Shown: piece by piece, positions 25,241 through 34,613 of the stretch | Layout of the letters: the number at the start of each line of letters is the position of its first letter | Numbering within the stretch: the stretch's first letter is position 1 | Source: a virus | Taxonomy: Duplodnaviria; Caudoviricetes | IMG/VR virus record: IMGVR_UViG_3300020045_010131 | Coordinates: 1-34,613 of that record | Length of the DNA stretch: 34,613 bases | Reading direction: 5' to 3' (one strand) | Notes under the pieces: generated by a model | What the model was told of the DNA's origin: nothing | Seen by the model: only the letters and a program-made list of their open reading frames with translations | Databases searched by the model: none | Translations under genes and position numbers: made by a program

Positions 25241-25930
25241 ATGGCAGTAATTACTATAGGGCGTATGAGCGAGGAGATACTTAAAATGTTAAGTGGTGGC
25301 AATATTGCGGCTGCTTCTAATATCTCTTTGGCTGAAATGAAGATTAGTATTGGTCAGGTATGCAATCAGTTACTAAAGGTGGATTATTTTGGGGTGAATG
25401 AAAAAATGGGAGAATTGATACCTAATGGTTCTGTATTGGGGCTTTACGAAGATATACCAGTTATAAGTTATAACGGTAAAAGTAAAGCTACATTACCAAT
25501 AAAGCCATTGAAATTACGCCGAAATATGGGCATCTTTGCCATCTATCCCAAATATGAAACAAGAGATAATTACGAATTGGATAAAGAGTTTATTCCTTTA
25601 CAAATGGGGCAGGGTGGTTTATTGAAATCGCAGCCAATGATTAATGATTTAATGGGACAGGTAGGTTATGAAAACTTTGGAGATACAATAATTTTTACAA
25701 AGGACATAAAATCAATGTTCCCTGATGTAGTAGTGGCTATGAGATTAGCAATAATGGATATTAGTCAGTACGGAGATTTCGATGCTCTACCAATCATCCC
25801 CGAAATGGAATGGCAGATAAAGCAAGAAGTTATTAAATTATATTCAGGTATAGGTATCCATGATGCTTTGGTTGATAGCACCATTAAACAACAAGAGAAT
25901 ATTCCAATCACCCAACAAAAACAACCATAA
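25241..25930 (+). CDS. Virion ring/structural protein
   Basis: ~230 aa; ATLPIKP, PIIPEME..IKQEV; context. Confidence 0.6.
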   Translation: MAVITIGRMSEEILKMLSGGNIAAASNISLAEMKISIGQVCNQLLKVDYFGVNEKMGELIPNGSVLGLYEDIPVISYNGKSKATLPIKPLKLRRNMGIFAIYPKYETRDNYELDKEFIPLQMGQGGLLKSQPMINDLMGQVGYENFGDTIIFTKDIKSMFPDVVVAMRLAIMDISQYGDFDALPIIPEMEWQIKQEVIKLYSGIGIHDALVDSTIKQQENIPITQQKQP

Positions 25931-26733
25931 TGCAGGGTAAAACCTATTTTATATATAGATATGTAAGATTAGACACAAATGTGCCATTTTATATAGGTAT
26001 GGGTACTAAGCAAGAGGTTAACTCTCAGGGGTATCCATTGTATTCTTGGCAGTCTATATACGGTAGGGCTTATTCTAAAGATAGAAATTATGTATGTTCT
26101 GGCATTATGAATAAAGTAAAGTATGATATAGAGGTGATGTATGAAACAAGCGATTTATTTCATGCAGAAGAAAAGGAAAAAGAATTTATCAAAATGTACG
26201 GTATAGTATATGATGGCACAGGAACTTTAACTAATTTAACAAAGGGGGGAAGGAAGTTTGAGCCAACAACTAATTATTCAGCAAGGAGCGTTTCGGTTAG
26301 AAAGAAAAGGGGTAAATTAAACGGCATAAATAGTAAAGCTGTTTTTATGTATGATGCAGATGGAACGCTTGTAGATTCTTTGCCATCGGTTAATGGGTTT
26401 TATAAAAAGTACAAATTTGGGGATAAAGATGGACAAACTATAACCGACAGTATTAAAAATAAAAGGTCAAGCTATGGGTACTATTTTTCATTCTCAAAAT
26501 TTGATGTACTCGACTTAACTGAATACAAAAAAAGAAGTTTTGATAAATACCCCATAATAAAATACGTAAATGGAGTTATATCCTATATTTATATGTCATA
26601 CTCGGAAGCATCAAGGGATTTTGGAGTTAGTACAAGTACAATAAAAACCAAGATAAGAAATTCAGAGAAGATAGGTAATTCAATTTTAGTAAGAACAAAA
26701 ATTCATCAGCTACATAAATTTTCGTTTCAATGA
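25930..26733 (+). mobile_element. GIY-YIG homing endonuclease with NUMOD1-like C-terminus
   Basis: FIYRY...FYIGMG...RAY; EKEFIKMYG...LTNLTKGG; SYSEASRDFG. Confidence 0.85.
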
Positions 26734-27491
26734 ATTTAACAACAATTGATTCTATTTGCAGAAGATGGTTATTGGAGCGTGGACTTCCGATACACTATTA
26801 TTTTGAGGCATTGTTGCATAGTTCAGCATCGTTACGAGAATTATCAAAAGACACACTTAAAATAATAAATACGGCAAATTTGCCTGTTGGGTCGTATGGT
26901 CAAATAGATTTGCCAGATGATTTTGTTGATGATGTTGGGTTGTTTTTTGACATGGGAGGTACACTAAAGCCTTTACCACATAAATCTACCCTTAATCCAT
27001 TAAGGGTTCATAATGCAACAACGGGGCAGTTTGAGCCAAATACTACACCCGAAAGCAATAATAGCCAAGTAAGTGGAGTGAATTTTTTTGGTAGTTCAAG
27101 ATGGATGTTTTTTTGGAACGTCAACGAATACAATGAGCCAACGGGTAGGTATTTTGGAGCCAACGGGGGAACTACACAAGGGTATCAAGTATTTAAAGAA
27201 AGAAGGCAGATACAGTTGTCAGGTGGGTTTGAGGATGGCAATATGGTATTGCAGTATATCAGTAATGGGCAGTCGATTGATAATGCTACACAGGTAGATT
27301 GGATGGCTTTTAAAGCAATACAGTCGTATATAGATTGGCAAAGAAGTCCAAATGCAGCTATTAAAAATTCACAAGAGGCATCTACTTATTACAATGAAAA
27401 AAGATTATTGAGGAGCAACCTAAACGAAATGACAACAGCAGACATAAGAAACATAATTCATCAATCATTTACAGCAGCATATAAATCGTGA
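26730..27491 (+). CDS. Virion ring/tail tubular protein
   Basis: LPDDFVD, VLQYISNG, AIQSYI.W; context upstream of the muzzle protein. Confidence 0.65.
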   Translation: MNLTTIDSICRRWLLERGLPIHYYFEALLHSSASLRELSKDTLKIINTANLPVGSYGQIDLPDDFVDDVGLFFDMGGTLKPLPHKSTLNPLRVHNATTGQFEPNTTPESNNSQVSGVNFFGSSRWMFFWNVNEYNEPTGRYFGANGGTTQGYQVFKERRQIQLSGGFEDGNMVLQYISNGQSIDNATQVDWMAFKAIQSYIDWQRSPNAAIKNSQEASTYYNEKRLLRSNLNEMTTADIRNIIHQSFTAAYKS

Positions 27492-27772
27492 TAGTACAAG
27501 GCGAAACAAATGGCTCAATAAAAAGCGTGGCATTGGAGATTGCTGGAACACTTACATCCTTCGCTTTGTATAATAAAAGCGGTGGAGCAATCGTGTGTAG
27601 TGTAGGGTTAGTTATTTCAGATACAGATAGGTACTTGTTTAATTTTAATTTGGCAGCAGTTAATACAGCAGGGAGCAGCGCTTATCAGGAAACAAATATA
27701 CCTGTAACAGTAGGCACAAAGGTTTTACTTGTAGTTAGTGGGGAATGTGATTATTTTTTTAATATTCAGTAA
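27488..27772 (+). CDS. Small beta-rich putative structural protein
   Basis: GTGA-coupled 94-aa ORF. Confidence 0.65.
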   Translation: MIVQGETNGSIKSVALEIAGTLTSFALYNKSGGAIVCSVGLVISDTDRYLFNFNLAAVNTAGSSAYQETNIPVTVGTKVLLVVSGECDYFFNIQ

Positions 27773-28032
27773 TGGCGTTAACAGATATAACTTTAGATAA
27801 AGGGAAGGTAATAGTAATATTATCTGATAGCTATTCAGGAATGGTGGGTAGTGGTGTTTCATTGAATTTTGGTACAGTGCAAAGGGTAAATCAGTTATCA
27901 GATAAAACAACAGTTGGGCAATCCGTTTTGTTTGATATTGAAAAAGCAACCCCGTTTATGATTATTAGTGGGAAAACATTTTATTTAGTTGACGAAGCAG
28001 ATATTTCATCATCAGAAGTAATACCAGTATAA
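27772..28032 (+). CDS. Divergent GroES-fold small protein
   Basis: GTVQRV...TVGQSVLF...ISGKTFYLVDEADI parallels the GroES C-terminal half. Confidence 0.6.
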   Translation: MALTDITLDKGKVIVILSDSYSGMVGSGVSLNFGTVQRVNQLSDKTTVGQSVLFDIEKATPFMIISGKTFYLVDEADISSSEVIPV

Positions 28033-31000
28033 TGCCAAGTGAAAAAAAATACTTTGCGGATGAAAACTCAAACGGATTAAATGCCGATGATGACTTGTTT
28101 TTAATACCACTAAATGAGGTAATAAACATGCAGGATTGCCGTATAGGTAGTACTGATAAAGGTGTTACAGGTACAGTAGAAAGTGTTGGAGGGACATTGT
28201 TATTATCAACTCCTTCTCCATCAGTTTCGTTTATTGAAATTGGTAGCGAACCTGACGAAATAGGGGATAGGATTTTGTATTTTTACTACAACTTAAACAC
28301 AAGCGAACATAAGATTGAGGTTTACGATAAAACAGCAGGAGTAATTTATTTAGCCTTATTATCATCACAAGTTGATGGTGGCTTAAATTTTAATAAAAAC
28401 TACCCAATACATAGTTGCAGAATAGTAAATGGCATAGCCTATTGGACAGATAATTATAACTCTCCAAGAAAGCTAAATATTGATGCTGCTATAAAAATGA
28501 ATAATCCGTCTTATTCAACTAACGAAGCAGCATATACAAATCCTTTAGAGAAAGATGTTATTTCTATTATAAGGAAGCCACCATCAGTACCATTATTCGC
28601 TAACAAAACAACAGATGGAGCAATAACAGTTAATAATGTAGCTGATTTTGCAGGGCAATTTTCGTGGAGATATATCTTTAGAGATGGCGAAATTAGTGTG
28701 TTAAGTACTCCATCTAATTTTATAAATTACAATAGCATTACAGATACAGGTAATACCATTGCTGTGGTAGCGATTGATGCTACAGGTGCAATAGCAGAGC
28801 ATATCCCACAAGATGTACAGCAGGTGGATTTTTGTGTACGTTACGGAAATAGTGGCAATTTCTTTGTTATAAAATCGTGGAACAAAGATGTAGCTGTTCA
28901 GGCAGCAGAAATAGCAGCGCATAATGCAGGCATTGACCCATTGGATGCTACTTTTTTAAATGACAGGATTGGGATTACATTAGATTCTGCTTATTCAGTA
29001 AAGCCTTTTGATAGTGTACCTTTGTTGTCTGAATGTTTGGAAACAGCATTGAGTAGATTATTTTTAGGAAATAATCTTACAGCATACAATACCCCTGTTT
29101 TAAGTTCTTTGGCGGCTACTACATTAACAGACACTAACCATGCTCCATTCCAAAACCCAATATACAAGGCAGCAGGTATTTATAAAATAGGCATTGTTTT
29201 TAGAGATAGATATAAGAGAGTTATCGGAAATGTTGTAACCAATGATTCCCTTAAATTTCAAATACCTGACAGGGATTATAATGCAACAACCTATACGAAA
29301 GTAATTGTTTGGACAGTATCAAATGCAGCAGCAATAGATGAAATACCAGTTGAAGCAGAGTATTACGAAGTAGTGATAACAAAGAATTTGCAGACAAGAT
29401 TTTTTATAGACGGTAAAGCCGCTTTGATGAAGTACGCTATGAAGGATGCAACTACAGGCATAATAACTTATTCAGATACTTATTCAAGTGGGGCGTACGG
29501 TTTAGCAGTTGATGTTAGTTATCTGTTTACAGAAGGTATAGGATACCAATATCAATCAGGTGATATTATGAAGCTATACAATAGTGCAGGGGGTACGATT
29601 TATTCCTTACCACTCATTGACCAAGATGGTAGTTATGTAATTTCAAAATTAGAAAACTTAGGTAGCTTTGCAACACAGCCAAATATAGTATTTAATATTT
29701 ACACTCCATATAAAGAAGTAGGTAGTGACCCATTTTATACATACGGAGAAGTGTTTGCAATCAATAATCCCGGAACAATATCAAGAGAGTATTCTACTTT
29801 AGGAAGTCAAATTGGAGGAGATGTGTATTTGTTTTTACGGTTTTCTCCAACGGGTACTTATACAGCAGAGAATATGTCACCAAGTCCAAAACATTGGAAC
29901 GAATGGTTAGGGTATTGGGGTGAAATAAATTTCAATTTTGTATCAAAGCAAGTTAGAAAGTACACAGCAGTAGTATGGAGCAATGTGATGATACAAGGAA
30001 CTGATACTAATGGGTTAAGCAGCTTTGATGCGTTAGATGAAAAAATATTGCCTATGGATATGGGCATATTGTACAAATTGCAGCAGACATCAAAGGTACA
30101 GGAACAAGGAAATATTATGTTGGCTATAGGCGACCAATCAACAGCTTCACTTTATTTAGGGGAAGTTCAAGTGGTGGGTGCTTCCCAAAACGCATTTTTG
30201 GCATCATCTCCAAGTGTTATAGGCACAGTTAATATTTTAAAAGGAGGCTTTGGCACATCAATGCCAACATCTGTAGCAGAATATAGAGGAACAGTTTTTT
30301 GGTTTGATATAAATAATGGGAGGTGGATTCAGTATGCAAGCAATGGGTTATTCCCGATTTCAAATTATAAAACCACAAGGTTTTGGAAGCAGTGGGCTAT
30401 TAAGTTTTTGAGCATGACAAGTTCAGAAATAGAAGCATTCGGCAACAGGCCATTTGTGTTTGCTGTGGTTGACCCCGGACATGATGAGTTATTAATATCA
30501 ATTCCTAAACTTGCTAACGACCCACCAAAAGGGTACATACCGCAATATCCAACACACTTTACTCCATTTATTACAGAGCCTTTAGTATTCCCTTTTGATA
30601 TATTGGATTTTAGAGGTAAAACAGTAGTGTATGATTTGAAGTACAGCAGATGGAGGGGTAGTTTTTCTTTTATACCCGAAGGGTTTAGTGTACTACAAAA
30701 TCAACTGTACACATTTAAGTTAGGGCAGCTTTATTTGCATAACCAATCAGGAGTAGAATGTAAGTACTATGGAGTACAATACAATCCTAAAGTGATGTGT
30801 ATTTCTAATATGATGCCACAAGTGCCTAAGTCGTACAATAATATAAGTGTGAGTTCAAATATAGTTCCAATATTCACATTGTTTTATAACCTGTACCCTT
30901 ATCAGCAATCAAGTGATTTAATAAATTATGATACAATAGCTGATTACAGAGATATAGAAGGAATATGGTATGCTAATATTAAAAGGAATAATCTTGTGCC

Positions 31001-31172
31001 AACAGAAACAGGTTACACAGCAACAGGTTTATTGACAGCAGAAAAAATGAGAAATGTAGCTATGATGGTTATGTTGGAATTTTCAGTAAATAGTGTACCT
31101 TTAGAATTAAAATTTGTAGATTTCGGATTTTCAATATCACATGGTCATATACCTAAAAACTCAATGCAATGA
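28032..31172 (+). CDS. Tail muzzle/stabilization protein (crAss-like; P22 gp10 analog)
   Basis: 1046 aa, beta-rich; GLNADD, LNFNKNYPI, YWTDNYNSPRKLNI, RLFLGN, YKIGIVFRD, EGIWYA, MR. Confidence 0.8.
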   Translation: MPSEKKYFADENSNGLNADDDLFLIPLNEVINMQDCRIGSTDKGVTGTVESVGGTLLLSTPSPSVSFIEIGSEPDEIGDRILYFYYNLNTSEHKIEVYDKTAGVIYLALLSSQVDGGLNFNKNYPIHSCRIVNGIAYWTDNYNSPRKLNIDAAIKMNNPSYSTNEAAYTNPLEKDVISIIRKPPSVPLFANKTTDGAITVNNVADFAGQFSWRYIFRDGEISVLSTPSNFINYNSITDTGNTIAVVAIDATGAIAEHIPQDVQQVDFCVRYGNSGNFFVIKSWNKDVAVQAAEIAAHNAGIDPLDATFLNDRIGITLDSAYSVKPFDSVPLLSECLETALSRLFLGNNLTAYNTPVLSSLAATTLTDTNHAPFQNPIYKAAGIYKIGIVFRDRYKRVIGNVVTNDSLKFQIPDRDYNATTYTKVIVWTVSNAAAIDEIPVEAEYYEVVITKNLQTRFFIDGKAALMKYAMKDATTGIITYSDTYSSGAYGLAVDVSYLFTEGIGYQYQSGDIMKLYNSAGGTIYSLPLIDQDGSYVISKLENLGSFATQPNIVFNIYTPYKEVGSDPFYTYGEVFAINNPGTISREYSTLGSQIGGDVYLFLRFSPTGTYTAENMSPSPKHWNEWLGYWGEINFNFVSKQVRKYTAVVWSNVMIQGTDTNGLSSFDALDEKILPMDMGILYKLQQTSKVQEQGNIMLAIGDQSTASLYLGEVQVVGASQNAFLASSPSVIGTVNILKGGFGTSMPTSVAEYRGTVFWFDINNGRWIQYASNGLFPISNYKTTRFWKQWAIKFLSMTSSEIEAFGNRPFVFAVVDPGHDELLISIPKLANDPPKGYIPQYPTHFTPFITEPLVFPFDILDFRGKTVVYDLKYSRWRGSFSFIPEGFSVLQNQLYTFKLGQLYLHNQSGVECKYYGVQYNPKVMCISNMMPQVPKSYNNISVSSNIVPIFTLFYNLYPYQQSSDLINYDTIADYRDIEGIWYANIKRNNLVPTETGYTATGLLTAEKMRNVAMMVMLEFSVNSVPLELKFVDFGFSISHGHIPKNSMQ

Positions 31173-31801
31173 TAGGTTCATTAATAGGGCTGGGAGCCGG
31201 AATAGTAGGAGGCATCGGTAAGATGATTGGCAGAAAAAAAGCTAATCGTCAACTTGATGAACTATTGGCTAAAGACCCAAAATATACTGCAAACCCCGAA
31301 GTGGCTAACCGATTAGGTTTAGCAAAAACTTTACTTAATGCACGTATGCCCGGTGCTGCTGCTGCCGAAAGAAATATTTACGGCTCACAAGCCAATACGG
31401 TTGCTAACGTTACCCGTAACGCTACTGATGCTAACCAAGCCCTTGCTGTTGCAGCAGGTGTAGGAGGACAAACCAATCAGGCTTTCCAAGATTTAGGACA
31501 ACAAGAAGCACAAGATTATCAAAGGAGATACGGTAATTTAGTTGGCGCACAAGATGAAATGGTTCAAGAAGGGGATAAGGTTTTTGGCGACCAAGTGAGA
31601 AGGTACGGTAATGAAGTTCAGGTAAGGGGAGCGCAAAATCAAAACAAGCAAGACAACTGGCAGGATATTTCTAACCTCGGTTTTGGCATGGCAGATTTCT
31701 CAATGAATGGAGGATTTAATAATATGTTTTCAAGAAAAAGGCAGCCACAACAGCAGCAGCCAAGAGAGTTAACAGGAGGTTACAAAGGCATTATAAGATA
31801 A
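31169..31801 (+). CDS. Ejection/pilot-like internal virion protein
   Basis: Gly-rich hydrophobic N-terminus; A/Q/N-rich helical body; follows the muzzle gene. Confidence 0.65.
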   Translation: MIGSLIGLGAGIVGGIGKMIGRKKANRQLDELLAKDPKYTANPEVANRLGLAKTLLNARMPGAAAAERNIYGSQANTVANVTRNATDANQALAVAAGVGGQTNQAFQDLGQQEAQDYQRRYGNLVGAQDEMVQEGDKVFGDQVRRYGNEVQVRGAQNQNKQDNWQDISNLGFGMADFSMNGGFNNMFSRKRQPQQQQPRELTGGYKGIIR

Positions 31802-31816
31802 TTAAACATTAATAAC

Positions 31817-33334
31817 ATGGCATTGGACTTGTCTGGATTTACCTCGGAGCAGCAAACCTTTGGAGGGTTATATAAGTTAGGAGATAACTTAGAACGTGAC
31901 CGTATGCGTAAAGAGCAGACGCAACAAAAGGATAGTGCCAATAATTTAATGAAATCTAAGTTTTTGGAAAACTATTTAGACCCTAAAGAATTTTTAACAG
32001 GCACAATTAATGACCCTTATGTAACTGACAGGCTAAATAGTATTTTACAAAAAGGCTCAGCATTAGCGAATGAAAAAGGAGTTGATACTAACATGATGCA
32101 AATGGCATTATCTTCTGATGTAAATAAGCTGATGAAGGAAACCCAAAACATAAAAGAAATTGAAAGGCAAAGAAAAGAAAGTTTTGATTTCTTAAAAGGG
32201 AAAAAGGGAATTGACCCACAAAGGTATAATGAGTACTTTAAAAAATCAGCATACTATAATGCTGATGGCACTTTAAAAGATTTATCAGATATAGACCCAA
32301 CGAAAAATTATGCTGATGAAACATTACGTTCAGGGGATATTTATACACCAGAAAGCATAGATGAATTTGTAAAAGGAGCAGGCAAAAACACCTACAGCAC
32401 AAGATTAAAAGTTCAAAATGGCAGAGGAGGGTTTGAAGATAAAAGCGTTTCTGTAACCGCTCCTGCATTTATGATACCTGATAAAGATGCAGCAGGTAAT
32501 CATGTTGGGTTTGTACCAGAATATGAAGTAGCCACTTCTGATGGGCAACCTGTTTTACATGATTTCTTAGGTGATAAAGGGGAGAAAGTAAAAGCCCCTG
32601 TAAGAATGGTAACAAAAGATGTGTACGCATCATTACCAGTAGAATCAAAAGCCTATCTTCGTCAAGAAGCAATAAAGTATGCTAAACAACATGGGATAGA
32701 ACCAAGTTCACCAGAGGTTGATAATTTCCAAAGAGCATTGGCTTATGACGAAATTAAACGTTCTGAAAAACAAACATCTAATTTCGTGCAAAAGGAAATA
32801 CAAAGAGATAATACTATAAAGATATTTGCACCAAGACAGCCAAGACAAGCAAGTGATAGTCAATTAGCAACAGAAGAATCTATTAATAATCTGCATAAAA
32901 CTTTAAATGATACACAGCCTGATAGTAAAGGGGATTTAGATGTTTCGCAATTACTTAATGGCATTAAACTTTTGAACAAGTATAATGACCAAATAGTATT
33001 AAAAAGTGGTAGCTATAATCCTAAGACAAAAGAGTTTACTATACAGACAGATAAAGGAGAGGAAACGATGCCTTACCATAGATTAGCTACATTGGCAGCA
33101 ACTGCAAACCCCGGAACTGATATGAAGTGGCTAAAAGGATTTAAGACTTATGAACGTGCGGCAGATGCAAATAACAAACCACCAGAAAAGAAAAAAGCAA
33201 CACCATTACAGAAGGTAGCGGATATTTTTAAAAATATTTATTCGCCCAATAGTAAACCGATTGCGCTTCTTGTGTTTGCTCATAAGGATTACTACCAAAT
33301 ACAGCGTTCCCACTTTCAGATATTTTATTATTGA
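31817..33334 (+). CDS. Putative internal virion (ejection) protein; last ~27 aa probably non-native
   Basis: 505-aa ORF whose tail reads antisense into the convergent ORF. Confidence 0.7.
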   Translation: MALDLSGFTSEQQTFGGLYKLGDNLERDRMRKEQTQQKDSANNLMKSKFLENYLDPKEFLTGTINDPYVTDRLNSILQKGSALANEKGVDTNMMQMALSSDVNKLMKETQNIKEIERQRKESFDFLKGKKGIDPQRYNEYFKKSAYYNADGTLKDLSDIDPTKNYADETLRSGDIYTPESIDEFVKGAGKNTYSTRLKVQNGRGGFEDKSVSVTAPAFMIPDKDAAGNHVGFVPEYEVATSDGQPVLHDFLGDKGEKVKAPVRMVTKDVYASLPVESKAYLRQEAIKYAKQHGIEPSSPEVDNFQRALAYDEIKRSEKQTSNFVQKEIQRDNTIKIFAPRQPRQASDSQLATEESINNLHKTLNDTQPDSKGDLDVSQLLNGIKLLNKYNDQIVLKSGSYNPKTKEFTIQTDKGEETMPYHRLATLAATANPGTDMKWLKGFKTYERAADANNKPPEKKKATPLQKVADIFKNIYSPNSKPIALLVFAHKDYYQIQRSHFQIFYY

Positions 33335-34613
33335 TGTAATCAATCCTGTCGGTATCTTCTCCTAATACCGTACCTAATATTCTGTGAGTACCTGATAATA
33401 AACCAGCACCAGCATTCCATATCCCTTTACCAATATTACCTTGAAGGCTTTCGCTTGGCAAATCCCCTGTTTCAATAAATCGTATATCCTTTTGTGTAAG
33501 TCCTGTTTTTTCTGCAATAATTTTTAATGCTTCTTTATCCCCTCCGCTTGCCATCATTAACAATGGTTCTGCGTCCTTTCCCAACTCTTGCACCAATCTT
33601 TGCGCTACCCTTTTTTGTTTTAATTCAGGAAATTTATTGATTGAGTTTTTATTAGCTTCATTTATTGCAAACGCATTTTCAAAGTACGCATCAGGTCTTT
33701 CATTTAATGGGATGTCTGCATATTCTTCTTCAAGATTAGCGGCACGTATGTTAAGCCCTATCTGTTCTTCATTTAATTTATCTTCATCAGTAATTGGTAT
33801 GCCTTTTTTCTGCAACCTTTCAGATTGTAGCAACTGTTCATCCCCAACTAACTTGCCGTACTCATGTGCTAACTCTTTATTATTAGCATCAGGCTTTATT
33901 TTTTTTGCATACAATTTAGCAAAGTAATCTACTGACCTTGTTAGTTTTGATTTTTTATCTTGTAAAACAGCAAGTTCATCGTAAATATCTTTTTCAGTCT
34001 GCGGAGTTTCAGCTTTTGCTTTACCTTGTAAATCTATTGGTTTAGCAATTGCCATATCCCCTCTTTCGGGATTATTTAAAACTTTATCTTGTTGTGCGTT
34101 TTGTAGTTTTGCTTTTAACTCACTCTCTTTTGTTTTAAAATCTTCAAGCCTCATTTGGTAATAAGACTTTAGTTTGTGTGCGCTTTTTTGTACATCAGTA
34201 AAAGTTCCTTCTCCTAAATCAGCTTGCTCTATTCCGTTAGCGTCTGCCAAAGCGTTTGCATTTTTACTTACCAATAATGCCCTATCAATACTTTCTTTAC
34301 CATCCCCTTCCATATCAAATTTAAGATATTCTACGGGATTGAATTTATCAGCACTTGGCTTTTCTGCTAATGCAGCTTGCTTTGCAGCTTCTTTTTTCTT
34401 TGGTAATTCTGTTTGTACAAATTTAATATTGTCTGCTACTTTTGCAGTGGCTACTTGTTTAGCTTGCTTGTCTGCACCTGAAAGCATATTGTCAGAACTT
34501 GGAGCGTATTGTTTTTGCAAATCTCTTGCAGAGGGAAAAGAAACCACTTCTGCTTTTTTTTTTACAACTCCTGTCTTAATTTCAAAATCTTCATAAGATG
34601 GCAAACTCGATTG
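33228..34613 (-). CDS. Fragment of a large helical virion protein in inverted orientation
   Basis: Frame is open to the window end (QSSLPSYEDF...), so the TTG at 34604 is probably not the start. Ends abruptly inside the convergent gene. Confidence 0.7.
   Translation of the reverse strand, partial: QSSLPSYEDFEIKTGVVKKKAEVVSFPSARDLQKQYAPSSDNMLSGADKQAKQVATAKVADNIKFVQTELPKKKEAAKQAALAEKPSADKFNPVEYLKFDMEGDGKESIDRALLVSKNANALADANGIEQADLGEGTFTDVQKSAHKLKSYYQMRLEDFKTKESELKAKLQNAQQDKVLNNPERGDMAIAKPIDLQGKAKAETPQTEKDIYDELAVLQDKKSKLTRSVDYFAKLYAKKIKPDANNKELAHEYGKLVGDEQLLQSERLQKKGIPITDEDKLNEEQIGLNIRAANLEEEYADIPLNERPDAYFENAFAINEANKNSINKFPELKQKRVAQRLVQELGKDAEPLLMMASGGDKEALKIIAEKTGLTQKDIRFIETGDLPSESLQGNIGKGIWNAGAGLLSGTHRILGTVLGEDTDRIDYINNKISESGNAVFGSNPYEQTQEAQSVYYWANKYF

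Noticed and set aside
3-34596. Many antisense or alternate-frame ORFs in the track (e.g. 3..185, 3504..3704, 4532..4762, 4747..5022, 6370..6564, 6740..6991, 7723..7941, 9584..10091, 11122..12912, 17118..23749 minus-strand set, 27088..27297, 28701..32672 minus-strand set, 33637..34596)
   Set aside because: They are shadows of longer, motif-bearing genes on the opposite strand or in another frame

Overview
A partial genome of an AT-rich Bacteroidota-infecting, podovirus-like dsDNA phage. The host is inferred from repeated TTTG-N19/20-TAnnTTTG promoters and SD-less, A-rich translation starts. 1-2330 (-) and 3200-5720 (+) hold small accessory genes (YopX, RHH, HTH, GIY-YIG) around a skewed non-coding spacer. 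5937-15623 (-) is a replication/early arm: a DNA methyltransferase interrupted by one in-frame TAG, NinG, a DEDDh exoribonuclease, a PD-(D/E)XK nuclease, a primase-helicase and a lambda-O-like initiator with internal 11-bp iterons. 14375-15290 (-) is a non-coding array of five consecutive structured RNA elements containing tRNA parts (T-arms, a D-arm/anticodon arm, a tRNA mimic with an extended anticodon stem), punctuated by boxA-like AGTTCTTT motifs. This array is the most novel-looking feature. From 15768 (+) come GroES-like genes flanking a cluster of five glycosyltransferase-like and two SAM-methyltransferase genes with inserted homing endonucleases. A crAss-like ring/muzzle tail module and ejection proteins follow, ending at an inversion or chimeric junction near 33240. 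No terminase, portal, major capsid, polymerase or integrase is recognisable in the window. All family calls come from motifs read by eye, not from database searches.
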